This document shows, piece by piece, positions 1 to 12,827 of a DNA stretch of 51,278 nucleotides (positions are counted from its first letter, which is position 1; each line of letters opens with the position of its first letter). A program made the translations under genes and the position numbers. The notes beneath the pieces are model-generated. The model did not search any database. It was not told the origin of the DNA and saw only the letters and a program-made list of their open reading frames with translations. The stretch is from Girardia tigrina (lineage: Eukaryota), in NCBI GenBank assembly GCA_001938485.1, contig MQRK01236832.1:1-51278 (forward strand), given 5' to 3'.

Positions 1-519
1 AAGGTTAACTCTGTTCTCGACCCCGTAATTGTTATATAATACAAATTTAGAATTATTCTAAATTTGGTGATTGCGTAATATTTCATTTAATTAATTTAAT
101 TCTATAATATCTCACAATACTGAATGCTAAAAAATCTAAGCATGGTGATATTCTTATGAAATCAATTATAAATTCATATTATAAATTATTCCGTTTTATA
201 TTGTTTTTATGAGGAGTTAGTGAAAATTTTTAATTCGCCTTATACTTTGGTATTTAAAACAATTGTTTATGTCTTTTCCAAAAAAAATTTAAATTACCAA
301 AAAACCATCTATAACATTTTTTATATGAAATTAAAGTTAGTTTCAGTTTACCCCATCTTTATTAACAATTTATAAAATTTCAACAAAAATTAATTCCCCC
401 AAACATAAAAATTTACTTTATTAAACTAAAATATAAAAGTTTTAAAAAGGTTAGTTGAGTTTTGGGTTTTTCATTGAATTCGAAATCGAAAATTTGAAAA
501 CAAAATTTTAAAATGACTA

Positions 520-1927
520 ACTATCACCTTTTGCAGCAATAATGGCTTGTACCCACTGTGGCATTGACTAAATAAATTTTCGACAGGTATCCGTAATAGA
601 AATATACCTGATCCAAGCAGATAAGAGAGAGGTGACAAGTCCTTCTTTAGTGAATATTGTTTCCTTTCGTAACCTGCACTTGGCAATAGCCCAGAAGGTC
701 TGAATCGGGTTGAGGTCGGAACTATAGCCCGGCCATGGTAAAACTGCAACATGATTGGCGGCGAGACTTTGCATGGACAAGGCGGCCCATCGTGCATAAA
801 CACAAAATCACCATTAGAAAACCACTCATGAGTTGTGAAAACTTCCACAATGGTCGGAGTTCATAGTTTTCTCTTTAACATTCAACTTGCCACAACCTTT
901 TGCACTCATCATGGACCACACTATCACCATGGAATTTTACTGTGCCTCTTGTCGGGATTAGCCTGCCACTTTCGTGCCAGACACGAGGCGTGGATTCTGC
1001 TTCACACTGAAAGGAGGACTCGTCTGAAAAAAAACTTTTGAACAATTCTCGATACTCCAACAACCATGATCAATGGCCCACTGCAGACGTCTCTTGCGCA
1101 TTGCAGCAATCAGTAAAGGCTTAGAAACTGGTTTTACACTCATAACTCCTTGTTTTTTGAGTCTATGTTGCACAGTTTTGTAGGACACACTTGACACTCC
1201 AGTGGTTCGAAGAGCAGCAGCCAATTGATATGAAATTGCTTGGGGGTTGCGCAGCAAAAGCCGATGAATTTGGATGTCTGTTTGTAAAGATATTGCTCTT
1301 TTGCGTCCACATCGCCCCCTTCGAGAAGTACTGAAAGTATCTTGAAACTTAATACACTTGACTGTCCTTATACAGACTCCAATGAGGTCTGCAATTTCAC
1401 TAATTGAATGTCTACCACCTTTAAGAATTGCAAGAATAGCAGTCTTTTGGAAGTCTAGTATTTTTTTTCTTTCCTATTTCAGAAACAAATAAATGAATGA
1501 AATATGATTATGTTTCTCAGGATTAATGTGAAAATGACATGTTTCATACTGGTTATTTCTATATGAATAAATTTTATCTTCTTGTTACCAAGCCATTAAA
1601 GCTTTCATGATGAAACAAATGTTAGTTTGTGAATTTATTTATGTGAACAGTTTATCAATTGGAAAAATCTATCATTTTCAAAATAATGCAATCATAATTG
1701 TTATTATTGGTCATGATAATAATAATGTACAATGCCAGCCAAATTTATTTATTAATTTTAAAATGAATGAAATATAAATAAATGAATATCTATTATTGTG
1801 TTCTTATATCTCTTTCCTTGTAAAAGTAAGAAAATTTAAATGCACATGCGAATTTGAAACATTTAAGCAAAAGTTTCTGTAAAAAACCTAAAACTTTATG
1901 GGAGTGACAATAATTTTTCCCCTACCG
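520..1927 (-). mobile_element. Degenerate Tc1-family (DD34E) DNA transposon, 3' end missing
   Basis: Frameshifted transposase: N-term GKKK...RRGRCGRKR, KPLLIAAMRKRRLQWAIDH, FFSDESSF, FMHDG, WPGYSSDLNPIQ. Left TIR-like end TA-CGGTAGGGGAAAAATTATTGTCACTCC at 1927. Confidence 0.9.
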
Positions 1928-2042
1928 TAAGTTCATTACTGCACTGAATTTGTCGAACAGACATTGAACAAAGTGAATAAAAAATCCTTTGTTAGATGAA
2001 TTAGAAAAAACATCTTTGAAAGCATTAATTATGAATATTGTA

Positions 2043-2173
2043 CACTGAAACCTGTTTTTATGCAATTTTTTATTTTTGGGAATTTTGTTTTGCGATCCTC
2101 ATACCCAAAAATTAAATTATGAGAATATTGAGCAAAAGTAAAAGAAACAATCGCAAAAAAACAGATTTGAGTG
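2043..2173. mobile_element. Tc1/mariner/pogo-type MITE (131 bp)
   Basis: Imperfect ~25-bp TIRs (CACTGAAACCTGTTTTTATGCAATT vs CACTCAAATCTGTTTTTTTGCGATT) flanked by TA on both sides. Confidence 0.75.
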
Positions 2174-2281
2174 TATGATAATTATGAATGTAAACAAAAC
2201 TTATTTTAAAATAATTAAAAACGTTTTAAGATAATTTTTCAATATTTTACAATTAAGGTACAATTTTATATTTACAATTAA

Positions 2282-2522
2282 CCCTACAATGCGCAATTTT
2301 AAGTCTGAGAAAAATATATGCAACACACGCGGCCAGTATTACAAACTGAACTGTCATTTTTGTTGACAAAATATATTGCATCTATGACTTTATTGGCAGT
2401 TATCATTCCATAGACAATGTTTTTGGTTCACAGTATGTAAACACTCAAAGAATATCACGTGATTAAAAGATATTGAGGTAAAATATGGTTGATTCAAATA
2501 TGAATCACGGCGCATTGTAGGG
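2282..2522. mobile_element. piggyBac-type MITE (241 bp)
   Basis: Perfect 13-bp TIR CCCTACAATGCGC / GCGCATTGTAGGG with TTAA target duplication at 2278-2281 and 2523-2526. Confidence 0.88.
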
Positions 2523-2860
2523 TTAAATTCAATATTTATATTTCATTCATTTTGAAATTAATAAATAAATTTAGCTGGCATTGTACATGTAAGAGAGTGT
2601 CGTTGTTAATTTTTTAATTTTCGGAAATAGGAATTTCGGTTTTTAAAAATTTAGATTTATAATCGAAATTAAAAAAAATAATATAAAATAGAATTAAAAA
2701 AAAGAAAATAAAAATGAAAATTTGTTTAAATAACAAATTTAACCTGTTGTAGATTAATAAATTTTGTAAGTATTAATTTCTTTTTGATTTAGAATGGATG
2801 ATAATTGCCAACCTAACAGTACATTAATTGTAAAATTGTAAAATTTACAATCATACATTA

Positions 2861-3265
2861 ATTGTGTGAGGCCTTATTAATAAGATCTATTGATCCAAAA
2901 ATTAAAATTCGCGTTTTAATGCCGTTTTGTTGTATGATTTACTGCTGAGATTTTCAAATTATTTTGATTGCAGAGTTTTTGTTTTGAAAAAGAAAATACA
3001 ATAATTGAAATTGAAAAAAAAATATATTAAGTAGAGAAAATGTCAAAAGTTTGTACAAAATAACCATTTTTTTTAAAGACACTCAACTTCTCTGTTTAAC
3101 ACTTTCAACAAGAGCCTTTATTACATGATTGATTACATAATCACCTTTCTCATATATAAGCTGCAAAAAGTCAGTGTTAATTTAGTCTGAAGATGGCACT
3201 GGGTGATCCGCCGAAATTAATTACAAAAATAAATTTTCAAAAATGGCGTTCACTTTTTAATAATG
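2861..3265 (+). mobile_element. Penelope-like element 3' end / pseudo-LTR, interrupted by a ~170-bp insertion
   Basis: Encodes CEALLIRSIDPKI, the PLE GIY-YIG C-terminus. Collinear with the reverse complement of 24355-24590. Ends in a hammerhead motif. Confidence 0.8.
3179..3235 (+). ncRNA. Minimal type I hammerhead ribozyme motif (PLE-associated)
   Basis: GT-CTGAAGA-T-GGC(ACT)GG-GTGAT-CCGCC-GAAA-TTAAT-T-AC: conserved CUGANGA and GAAA core, helix II, palindromic ATTAAT helix III. Confidence 0.75.
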
Positions 3266-4182
3266 AAGAATTTTACAATTATTTACCAAAAAAACCTTTT
3301 CCCGCGATGTTTTATTACACTATATTTTGGAATGCAATATTTTTTCGTATATCCATATAACATATATTTAGAAAATAATTCATAAATATTAAAATACGAA
3401 TCAACAAGACTTCTAAAAATCCTGGCAAAAAATTAAGTATGAAAAGGCATTTGGTATTATGTAGTCTAGTTAAAACTGCACAACAAACAATGGAAACATG
3501 AGTTTCTCATCCCAGAAAAGAAAAAGAAGTTTAATCAAATGGAATAATTAAGGCTATAATTTAGAAGGAGGATAAAAGAAACGTGATGACGAACCATATT
3601 TTTGAATCTACTCTATTGTAAACATCATGAAAAATGAACATTCTTGAATATTATAATTATTGAACATTATATTAATATTTTAACGAAACAATGTACTCCA
3701 GGCCATTCAATATTTATTCGTTTATTATTTAACTTTTCATTAACTTTTCTAATACAAATAAATAAATAATATAAATAATGTAAATAAATAAAAAGTAAAC
3801 AGTTCTTCACAAATTAGACACAATTTCTAGAATTAAATTAAATTAAACAAAATTTAAAAATTAAATAAAATTCCTTCAAATGAAATTTAGGAGAATATTC
3901 ATTGACAATCCTTTAATTTCATAATAATAATTTAATATATTGTTAATTAAATGACTTAATTATCTTGTCAAACAATTAATTTGCCGCTCTTCTTAAATTT
4001 TGCCTTTTATATTCAAGATGAATTATATTTTTGCCGTTGAGGTTAAGTAATTATTCTTTCAATCGTTTCTTTAATGTTGTCATAAATATTTTATTGTATT
4101 TATAAATAAATAATTATTGTTTTAGAAAATTAAGAAAATTTTTTCAACTTTTAGTCTAAAAAACAATGACGAATAATACATA

Positions 4183-5460
4183 ATGGGTTGACCAGTCATT
4201 GCGTTTTTGAGTACGTCCTAATAAAAAGCTTGAAAATATAAAACGTTGTGATAAAATTTAAATTCAATTATATATTCTGAAATCTTAATTTTCAGACTAT
4301 GTTTATGCAAAATATTAATTGATTTTGTTTTAATTTATTACTTTACCGTCAATTCGAAATGGAAAATCAAATTGAGCATATTCGTCATGTTTTTTTGCAT
4401 TATTTTCGCAAAGGGAAAACAGCTGTGCAAGCTCATAAGAAGATATGTTTTGTATATGGTAGTGACTCCTTAAAACTTCGACAGTGTCAATACTGGTTTT
4501 CTAAATTTCATTCTGAAAGATTTCATCTGAAAGATGCACCACGCTCCGGTCGACCAGTTGAAGTTGATGGGCACGAAATAACAGCACTGATCCAATCTAA
4601 TCCACATATGACGACAAGAGAAGTTGCAGAGACTCTGGAAAAATCAAAATCAAGTGTTGGAAGTCATTTAAAGAAACTTGGATTCGTCAGTAAACTCGAT
4701 ATGTGATTACTACATGAACTGAAAGAAATTCATTAGGTGAAGCGTATAGACATTTGCGATTCCCTTTTGAAGTGAGAACAAAGTAATCCATTTTTGAAGA
4801 GCTTGATTACGAGTGACGACAAATGGATTGTTTACAACAATGTGGAACGCCGACGATAATGGACAAAACGTTGTGAGTCTGCCAAAAAGATCCCAAAAGC
4901 AGAAATTCAACAAAAGAAGGTTATGCTTTCCGTCTGGTGGGATTTTAAAGGAATTGTGTTTTTTGAACTCCTTCCGAGGAATGAAACCATCAATTTAGAC
5001 AGATATTGTGGTCAGCTGGAGAAATTGGCTCATTCAATTCAACAGGAACGTCCTGAATCGGCAAATCGAAAAGGAGTTGTAATTGAGCATGATAACGCAA
5101 GACCGCATATAAATTTGACCACTCGCCAGAAATTCTTATCACAAAGTTGGGAGGTTTTGCCGCACCCACCGTATTCTCCAGACTTGGCCCCATCGGATTT
5201 TCACTTATTTAGATCACTGCAGAATTCCTTAAACAGAAAAACATTCGCCAGTGATGATGACATCAAATCGTTTCTAGACGGCTTTTTTACTGACAAAGGC
5301 AAAGGTTTTATGAATCAAGAATAATGAAGCTACCGGAAAAGTGGAAGAAAGTGATTGAAAATAATGGACAGTATATCGTGTAAAAATATTTGTGCATCCA
5401 TGTCATTTTTTGATAATAAATATTGTAGTAAAAAACGCAATGACTTTTTGGCCAACCCAA
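4183..5460 (+). mobile_element. Full-length mariner (mellifera-subfamily-like, DD34D) with inactivated transposase
   Basis: TIRs ATGGGTTGACCAGTCATTGCGTTTTT / AAAAACGCAATGACTTTTTGGCCAACCCAA, length ~1.28 kb. Transposase 4359-~5382: MENQIEHIRH..., ITSDDKW, HDNARPH, HPPYSPDLAPSDFHLF, with several stops and frameshifts. Confidence 0.96.
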
Positions 5461-5699
5461 CATAAATAAATTTGAAAATTTACTGAATTTTTATTTCATA
5501 AAATTATTATTAGTCGAATATATGATATAAAAAGTCTCCTCAATAAGCATACAGCGTTTTGTGATTTGAAAACATTGTAATTTAGTTAAAAAAAGAATAT
5601 TTAATAGTCTATTTTCACACAATAATATACTTTATTGTAATGCATCTATCTTTCATTTAGACTCATTCTATGGAATTGTAACGATGCTTTTGTTACCCC

Positions 5700-6912
5700 T
5701 AAAGGGAAAATTATTTTTTATACTGCTTTAAACTTTTCTTTTATCAATGTCTTCCTGGTCGAGCAACATTCATCAAACTGATGCCATTTCGTCTACACTT
5801 GGTTAACAAATATTGTGCAGATGGAAGCTTAAAAGCAAATATTAAATGTGCACCTTTGAATTCATAAAATCTAGATTAATATCCATCTCGAATGGATCTG
5901 TGGTTCAAAAATACAGAATCGTTATATCTTCTGAAACGACGATATCAACGAGTCATAATACTTATCAATAAAATTCCATTTTATATCTGTCTATATATTG
6001 CTTCGTATTTCTTTTAACTTTGGTAAATTATTCAGATGAGCTGGAATCGCCAAATATCCTCCAAATGAATAGCGTCCAACGAAAATTTAGCTATGATTCT
6101 CAATGGATACTAATTTTTTTAACAATATTAAATATTTACCATTAGAAGAGAATATTGTCCTACTTTTAAATTATTCTTTTTGAAAGTTTCTCTTGGACGA
6201 AGATTGAGTAACACTCTTTCATAGATGGTTATTACAATAATTCTTTTTATTAATTGCCTTTATCGAATAATACTGTTGAATATTGTTTTCTTAATTATAA
6301 TATTTAAACCTAAATCATTGAAAATGTTTACTTTTTTCTATCTTTGCTAAATACAAAAATACAAGTACAAATACCGGTTATATTGATGCATTTTTAAAGA
6401 AAATAACTCATTCACAGATTTTCCTTTCTTTAAAACTTTATTCCGAAGATAATGATTAGTCAGACAACATCCTTTTACTATGACGTTTTATTAATTAAAA
6501 TTCTATCAAAATCTAATAAGTTTTTAAAACATTTCCTATAAGTATCTACTTCAATCTTTAATTACTCTTTTTTGTTTTTAATGACAGTATATAATTATAT
6601 TTTGAAACGGATTTAATAATTCATTTCATTTAAAAACAATTAGATGTTTGAAAATTTGCTAATAATAAATATTTCCTTCATAAATAATCGGAAAACTGAT
6701 TTATTCTTTTAATAAATATATATTGCTTAAGATATAACCAAAGTGTATCCCAATCATTAAAGCAAAATAAATAATAGTGCGAATTATTCATATTATAAGA
6801 AAGGAATGTAACATGGTTTCATAAAACTAAATATTTTTATTATAAAACCTCGAATAATAACAACTTAACTGTTCATAGAGTCATATATGACTCACGAGGA
6901 ACTTTAGGAATG
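5700..6912 (-). mobile_element. Highly decayed piggyBac (PGBD-like) transposon remnant
   Basis: Minus-strand fragments YLAIPAHLNNLPKLKEIRS (cf. LPKLKEYWS), FQKI*RF and KLPSAQYLLTKCRRNGISL (cf. RLSFKQYLPSKRHRFGIKL). Candidate end TTAA-CATTCCTAAAG at 6912 with subterminal palindrome GAGTCATATATGACTC. Confidence 0.55.
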
Positions 6913-7689
6913 TTAAGAGAACTCACTTATTTTGTAAATCATTTATTACATTCACAATTTTTAATCACCTCAATCACTCAATGTTTACTTCTCATTCCAA
7001 ATCGGAACTAACTTGAAAAGAATTATTTTATTTAAAATTGGTTAAAGTAAAATTACTTTTTTTATAATCATTTTAAACATTAATTTTATTTAATCATTTA
7101 AGAATTTACAAAAATAAAATTAATAAAATTATTTAACATTTACAATAATAATAAATTAAAAATTTTAATATAAAATATAAATTTGAATAAATTACTTTCA
7201 GATTATAAGAATTAAAATATTAATCATTCATCTGAGAAGGAGATACACAATCCCAAATCAACTCACAACATTTAAACATGCAAACAATACACAAAACATC
7301 ACACACCAAATATTCATCACAATGAATATGTTTTTTCCTGCGCTCATGAGTCATAATTGAGTCATAAAATAATCTAAAGTAAATTAAAAACAATAAACAT
7401 ATTTATTGTATATATTTTAGTACAGTGTGAATATCATTTAGTCTAACAGAAAAAAAAGAAAATAATGGACTTTGGGCAGTTGCTATTTTTTCGTATGGGG
7501 ACATGTAATTTGATAATACTGTTATTAACTATTAATCGGTAAAGTAATAATTATTATAACTATATATAACCTAAGGATACGTTACGGTATACTAAAAGTT
7601 ATTTTAGGGTTAATTGATAGGTAAAAATCAATATAAAAACGATTTTAGACTTGTAATCGAATATCTTTTCTTTCTTCTTTTTACCTAAG

Positions 7690-8110
7690 CAATTTGGATT
7701 TTGGTTCATGCAATTAAAAACAAACCTTCGCCACTGGTCTCTATTTGTCATGGTTCTTCTGAAACCTTCAATGTCTCATTCATTCAATTTTTAAAATCGT
7801 TTTATCATTCATTTAACAATGTTTTGCGTGCCGCACTTCCTTTAATTATAATCTTTGCTAGTACTTGTTTTCTTACAGAATCTCCGCAGAATATTAGTTA
7901 TATTCGTTTAAAAATCTTTTCCATTGATTCAGATAATTCACCAAAATTTATGTCATTCATTTGAAGACAAAGTGGTTTGTCCTCTTTTCTTTTTAGTGAT
8001 CTTCAATGTTTTCAATTAACACTTTCTTTCAAAAACTTTTTTTAACCCATGAACTTCTGATTAAATTTCTCACTCTTGCATCCATAGAGAAATGTTTCTT
8101 TATTGTTTTC
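7690..8110 (-). mobile_element. RTE-clade non-LTR retrotransposon 3' remnant
   Basis: Minus-strand fragments AKIIIKG... and TMTNRDQWRRFV resemble the RTE C-terminal motif DRxxWRxxV. Many stops. Confidence 0.5.
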
Positions 8111-8802
8111 ATTAAAGTTAAAAATTAAATTAAATGTAACAACTGCTTCATCTGATCAGAATACTAAAACAGACTGTAAACATGATGATAGTTTATAACT
8201 AAATATTTAGTTAAATCTAATTTGTAATCAAATGTTCCCTTGACGTAAGTGTCGCAAATTTTAATCAGAATCAAAATTTGATAAACTTAAATATTAAAGG
8301 TGTGTAAATGATAACTGATTTTATATTAAAAAATATTTTATAAAAATATTTATTTGAAAGAGATTCTTTTGGATATTTTAAATTATCTTTGATGTAGACA
8401 AGGAAGTAATATTATATATCTTCCTTATAAATGAAGTTTTTACGAAATCTTTGAAAATCTTTCTACAATGGTTTTAATTTCTTTTAATGATATAAAATGT
8501 CTTTTTCCATTATTTAATTTTATAATGTCTTGTATTAAGTTTTAATCTTATTGTTTTTCAAAGAATGATAAATCTTTTTTCTTTGTTTCTATTTGTTTCT
8601 CGTTTTAATCATAATTCAAATTCCAAAGTAATTAAACATTTTCTTCGTAAATTTTCTTTTTGTTCCACGTATTTGTTATTTCCAAAAAATATATTGGAAA
8701 ATGAATTATAAATGAAACTTTCAAAATTATTCAGAGATTTTAGAAATTTTCAAAAATATATTGCATAACAAAATATATATTTTTAATCATAATTAACACA
8801 TA

Positions 8803-9944
8803 TTGATTTGCCCAAAAAGTCATTGCGTTTTTTACTAAAATATTTATTATCAAAAAATGACATGGATGCACAAATATTTTTACACGATATACTGTCCATT
8901 ATTTTCAATCACTTTCTTCCACCTTTCCGGTAGCTTCATTATTCCTCATTCATAAAAACCTTTGCCTTTGTCAGCAAAAAAGCCGTCTAGGAACGATTTG
9001 ATGTCATCATCACTGGCGAATGTTTTTCTGTTTATGGAATTCTGCATAGATCTAAATAAGTGAAAATCCGATGGAACCAGGTCTGGAGAATACGGTGGGT
9101 GCGGCAAAACCTCTCAACTTTGTGATAAGAGTTTCTGGCGAGTGGTCAAACTTGTATGCGGTCTTGTGTTATCATGGTGAATAACAACTCATTTTCGATT
9201 TGCCGATTCAGGACGTTCCTGTTGAATAGAATGAGTTAATTTCTCCAGCTGACCAGAATATCTGTCTAAATTGATGGTTTCATTCCTCGGAAGGAGTTCA
9301 AAAAACACAATTCCTTTAAAATCCCACCAGACGGAAAGCATAACCTTCTTTTGGCGAATTTCTGCTTTTGGGATCGTTTTGGCAGGCTCACAACGTTTTG
9401 TCCATGATCGTCGGCGTACCACATTGTTGTAAACAATCCATTTTTCGTCACCCGTAATCAGGCGCTTCAAAAATGGATCACTTTGTTCTTGCTTCAAAAG
9501 GGAATCGCAAATGTCTATACATTTCACCAAATGAATTTCTTTCAGTTCATGTAGTAACCACATATCGAGTTTACTGACGAATCCAAGTTTTTTTTAATGA
9601 CTTCCAACACTTGGTTTTGATATTTCCAGAGTCTCTGCAACTTCTCTTGTCGTCATATGTGGATTAGATTTGATCAGTGCTGTTATTTTGTCGCCATCAA
9701 CTTCAACTGGTCGACCGGAGCGTGGTGCATCTTTCAGATGAAATTTTTCAGAACGAAATTTAGAAAACCAGTATTGACTCTGTCGAAATTTTAAGGAATC
9801 AATACCATATACAAAACATATCTTCTTATGAGCTTGCACAGCTGTTTTCTCTTTGCGAAAATAATGCAACAAAACATGACGAATAGGCTCATGTTGATTT
9901 TTTATATTTTCAAGCTTTTATTAGGACGTACTCAAAAACGCAAT
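8803..9944 (-). mobile_element. Second copy of the 4183-5460 mariner, inverted, with a 5' internal deletion; runs into a gap
   Basis: Near-identical reverse complement of copy 1. TIR TA-TTGATTTGCCCAAAAAGTCATTGCGTTTTT at 8803; motifs ITGDEKW, HDNTRPH, HPPYSPDLVPSD. Start codon region deleted. Confidence 0.95.
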
Positions 9945-10127
9945 NNNNNNNNNNNNNNNNNNNNNNNNNNNNNNNNNNNNNNNNNNNNNNNNNNNNNNNN
10001 NNNNNNNNNNNNNNNNNNNNNNNNNNNNNNNNNNNNNNNNNNNNNNNNNNNNNNNNNNNNNNNNNNNNNNNNNNNNNNNNNNNNNNNNNNNNNNNNNNNN
10101 NNNNNNNNNNNNNNNNNNNNNNNNNNN

Positions 10128-10157
<30 letters not shown>
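10128..10157. repeat. (TA)n microsatellite next to a gap
   Basis: Direct observation. Confidence 0.9.
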
Positions 10158-10161
<4 letters not shown>

Positions 10162-10179
10162 AGAAAGTAACATAATAAT

Positions 10180-11290
10180 CAATCCGTTCTTCATCAATAT
10201 GTTGGCCTTATAATTCGATTAAATTTCCACAAATTCTGGGTATTATTGTAATAAATTTATAAAGTTTTGCCGCAATCGTTGCCTAGTGAGATTTGCTAGT
10301 TAGACAGAGTTTCCACACCTCTCTGTCCAGACCATCCCACAACAGTTGGATCGGATTTTCATCCGGCAATTGTGATGGCCGTTCCATGGGTTTCTGATTA
10401 CATTCAGTTTCTTTTGATACTAAATAATTCATAAACAATTTTGATATTTGTTTTGGGTTGTTGATCTATCCACCATAAAATCGGTGCCTGATGAAATTGC
10501 GCTTCACTACAGTATCCGGTGATAGTCTCCATGCTCCATTTTCCTGTCGATTTTAAACAAGGCGCCGATTCCAGCGCAGCAAAAATAGCCCATTACCATC
10601 ATATTGTCATCCCTAAACGTAACTGTTAGCTCTAAATATTGTGGTTTATTACATTTTCTGTGGTAGTTCGTTGGCCGCTTAGTATCAAATTGTTTAATTT
10701 GGACTCATCCGTCCATATTACTTGTTTGCATAGTTCAACTGACCATTTTTTATGTTCTTTTGCCTATTTGAGTAGTTTACGAACGTTTAACGGACGAAAC
10801 TATTATTTTTGGCAGCTATTCATTTGTAAAAACCAACAGCAAGCAATCGATGTGGGACCGTTGAATTGCAGATTTGCCACGGTAACCTTTGATTGTTCTC
10901 AGCTTTTGTATTTAGTAGTACAAAATTGGTACTGTATTTACCGTGGATTACTTACTTAACACTTGTAAATGTCTATCATCACTTCTATTGTCTTTCTAGG
11001 TTGGCCCGTTTTCGTGAATCTCTCTAATGTTGTATGGACACTTTTCTGTGAAACGTCTAGTATTTCCACAATATTTCGCTGCAGATGGCCGATTTTATTC
11101 AAAATTAATATCAGAGCCCGTTTTTTTCGATATTTGCTTTGCTCTTGTCCTTTTAAATGCTGTAGATGCAATTTTGAAGCAGCATGTTGATAAAAATCTT
11201 CTGTAATGTGCAATTGTTTTTTAAGTATGAAAACTGTCCATGTTTATTATTACTTAAGAGAAATTGCAAAAGTCATTGGCACCCATTTTA
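10180..11290 (-). mobile_element. Degenerate Tc1-family transposon
   Basis: HTH fragment QRNIVEILDVSQKSVHTTLERF..GQPRKT, WTDESK, and PSQLPDENPIQLLWD (cf. WPSQSPDLNPIE). Confidence 0.85.
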
Positions 11291-11359
11291 AAAAAATCAT
11301 CGAGTAAAAAATGATTCAAGTTAAAAAATATATTATATTTATAAAAAATATATTATATA

Positions 11360-11386
11360 ATATATATATATATATATATAACTTTG

Positions 11387-11422
<36 letters not shown>
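11360..11422. repeat. (TA)n microsatellites
   Basis: Two adjacent TA runs. Confidence 0.85.
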
Positions 11423-11430
<8 letters not shown>

Positions 11431-11611
11431 ATAATTTTCAAATTATAATTTAATAATATTTTGTGAAAAATAAAATTTAAAATAATCAATAATTTCCCGT
11501 CAGAATCTTAAAAGCTTCGAGGCCACAATGTTTATAAGTGTAGTGATCAATAATCAATATAAAAAAATCAATCACAATTATTGCAATGAGCATTTTTATG
11601 CAGTGTTTGAA

Positions 11612-11830
11612 ATGGATATATTTACCTCTTAGAATCGAAAAACATTGAGACCAAAAAACACTATCGTGAAAATAGAAACTCCGTCAATCAATTCATTCTT
11701 CACCACATTCCTGAAACATTCAATCCATCAGTCGAAACTGTCGAACGTCTAATAACAAAAGAAGGAAACTCGTTATCTAACTAAAATCAATTATCTTCGT
11801 CAATCAAGTTGAAGTCTCATTGAAATTTTT
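11612..11830 (+). mobile_element. Possible rosa/DD41D transposase N-terminal remnant
   Basis: KHYRENRNSV...NPSVETVERLITK resembles the DUF4817 HTH of DD41D transposases. Confidence 0.35.
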
Positions 11831-12249
11831 ACAAAGATTTCCTCATGAAATTAGAGAAAAAATTGACGTTAGATATTTTCTTAAACTTTAGTACTAACTT
11901 ATGCTATTTTGAATGTTTCATGATTAAATTTTCAGTTTAAATGCTTTCTTCCTTTTTATTACTTCCATTTGTAATTGATTATTAATATATTCTCCATAAA
12001 ATTGGAGTTTAATTCATATATATTTAATTATATAGTTAACAGAGTTCATTGAACAATTATTTTGTTCAGTTAGCTCTTATAATAAGAGTATTTTTGAAGT
12101 TTGAAATAAAAATATAAATCTATAGTTTCCGAATATTCATAAATACTTTAAGTTTTAAAAGTTTCTACTGATGATTTATATATAAAAATATTTTATTTTA
12201 AAACAAATGATTTTAAATTATAGATGTAAATAGCGCTTATGTGGGTAGG

Positions 12250-12780
12250 GTTATCAAAAGGTTACCAACAATACACACTATTTAACATATATAGGTTTGA
12301 TATATTAGTTTGATATAAATAAAACAAGTTTCCTTCCATTGTCTGTAGTTGATCATAGATTGATTGATATTGTTTAGTCGTAAAAACATTATTGTTTAAA
12401 TTGTTATTTGAGGAATGAGCATTAGAAAATAATAAACGGTGTTTATTGTTATCAATGTTTTGACATGGATAAATAAATCTTTGTGTTTCTTGAATAAAAC
12501 ATCCCAAACAAATAGATTTTTTAGTTGATTGTCGAGAATAGAATACTTTATCGCACTGAGAGAGTAAAGACGAAACATGTTTCGATCAATGTATACTTAT
12601 AAATGTTGGAGTCATGTGGAGTACACTCAAATTGACGAAAAAGCATTTGTTTCTGAAAACTTATTTTGTCTTTTCTTGATAACGGTCATCTGGATGTACA
12701 CGTAAAAAGATCTTCGAATTTTCGGATAAACCATTTTTAATAACTCTTCGTTTAACCAGATATATTCCATTTAATCCGCA
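12250..12780 (-). mobile_element. Decayed Penelope-like element (linker plus GIY-YIG region)
   Basis: Fragments VYID.., NKHRLLF.. and IKNG.SENS weakly resemble the PLE linker and endonuclease C-terminus. Heavily frameshifted. Confidence 0.4.
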
Positions 12781-12794
12781 TAAAAATTCTGACA

Positions 12795-12827
<33 letters not shown>

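Noticed and set aside
9828-10175. ORFs spanning N-runs (also 23752-24258, 28917-29183, 37898-38116 and the long 45096-46112 calls)
   Set aside because: Artefacts of translating gaps. Only the flanking real codons are informative.
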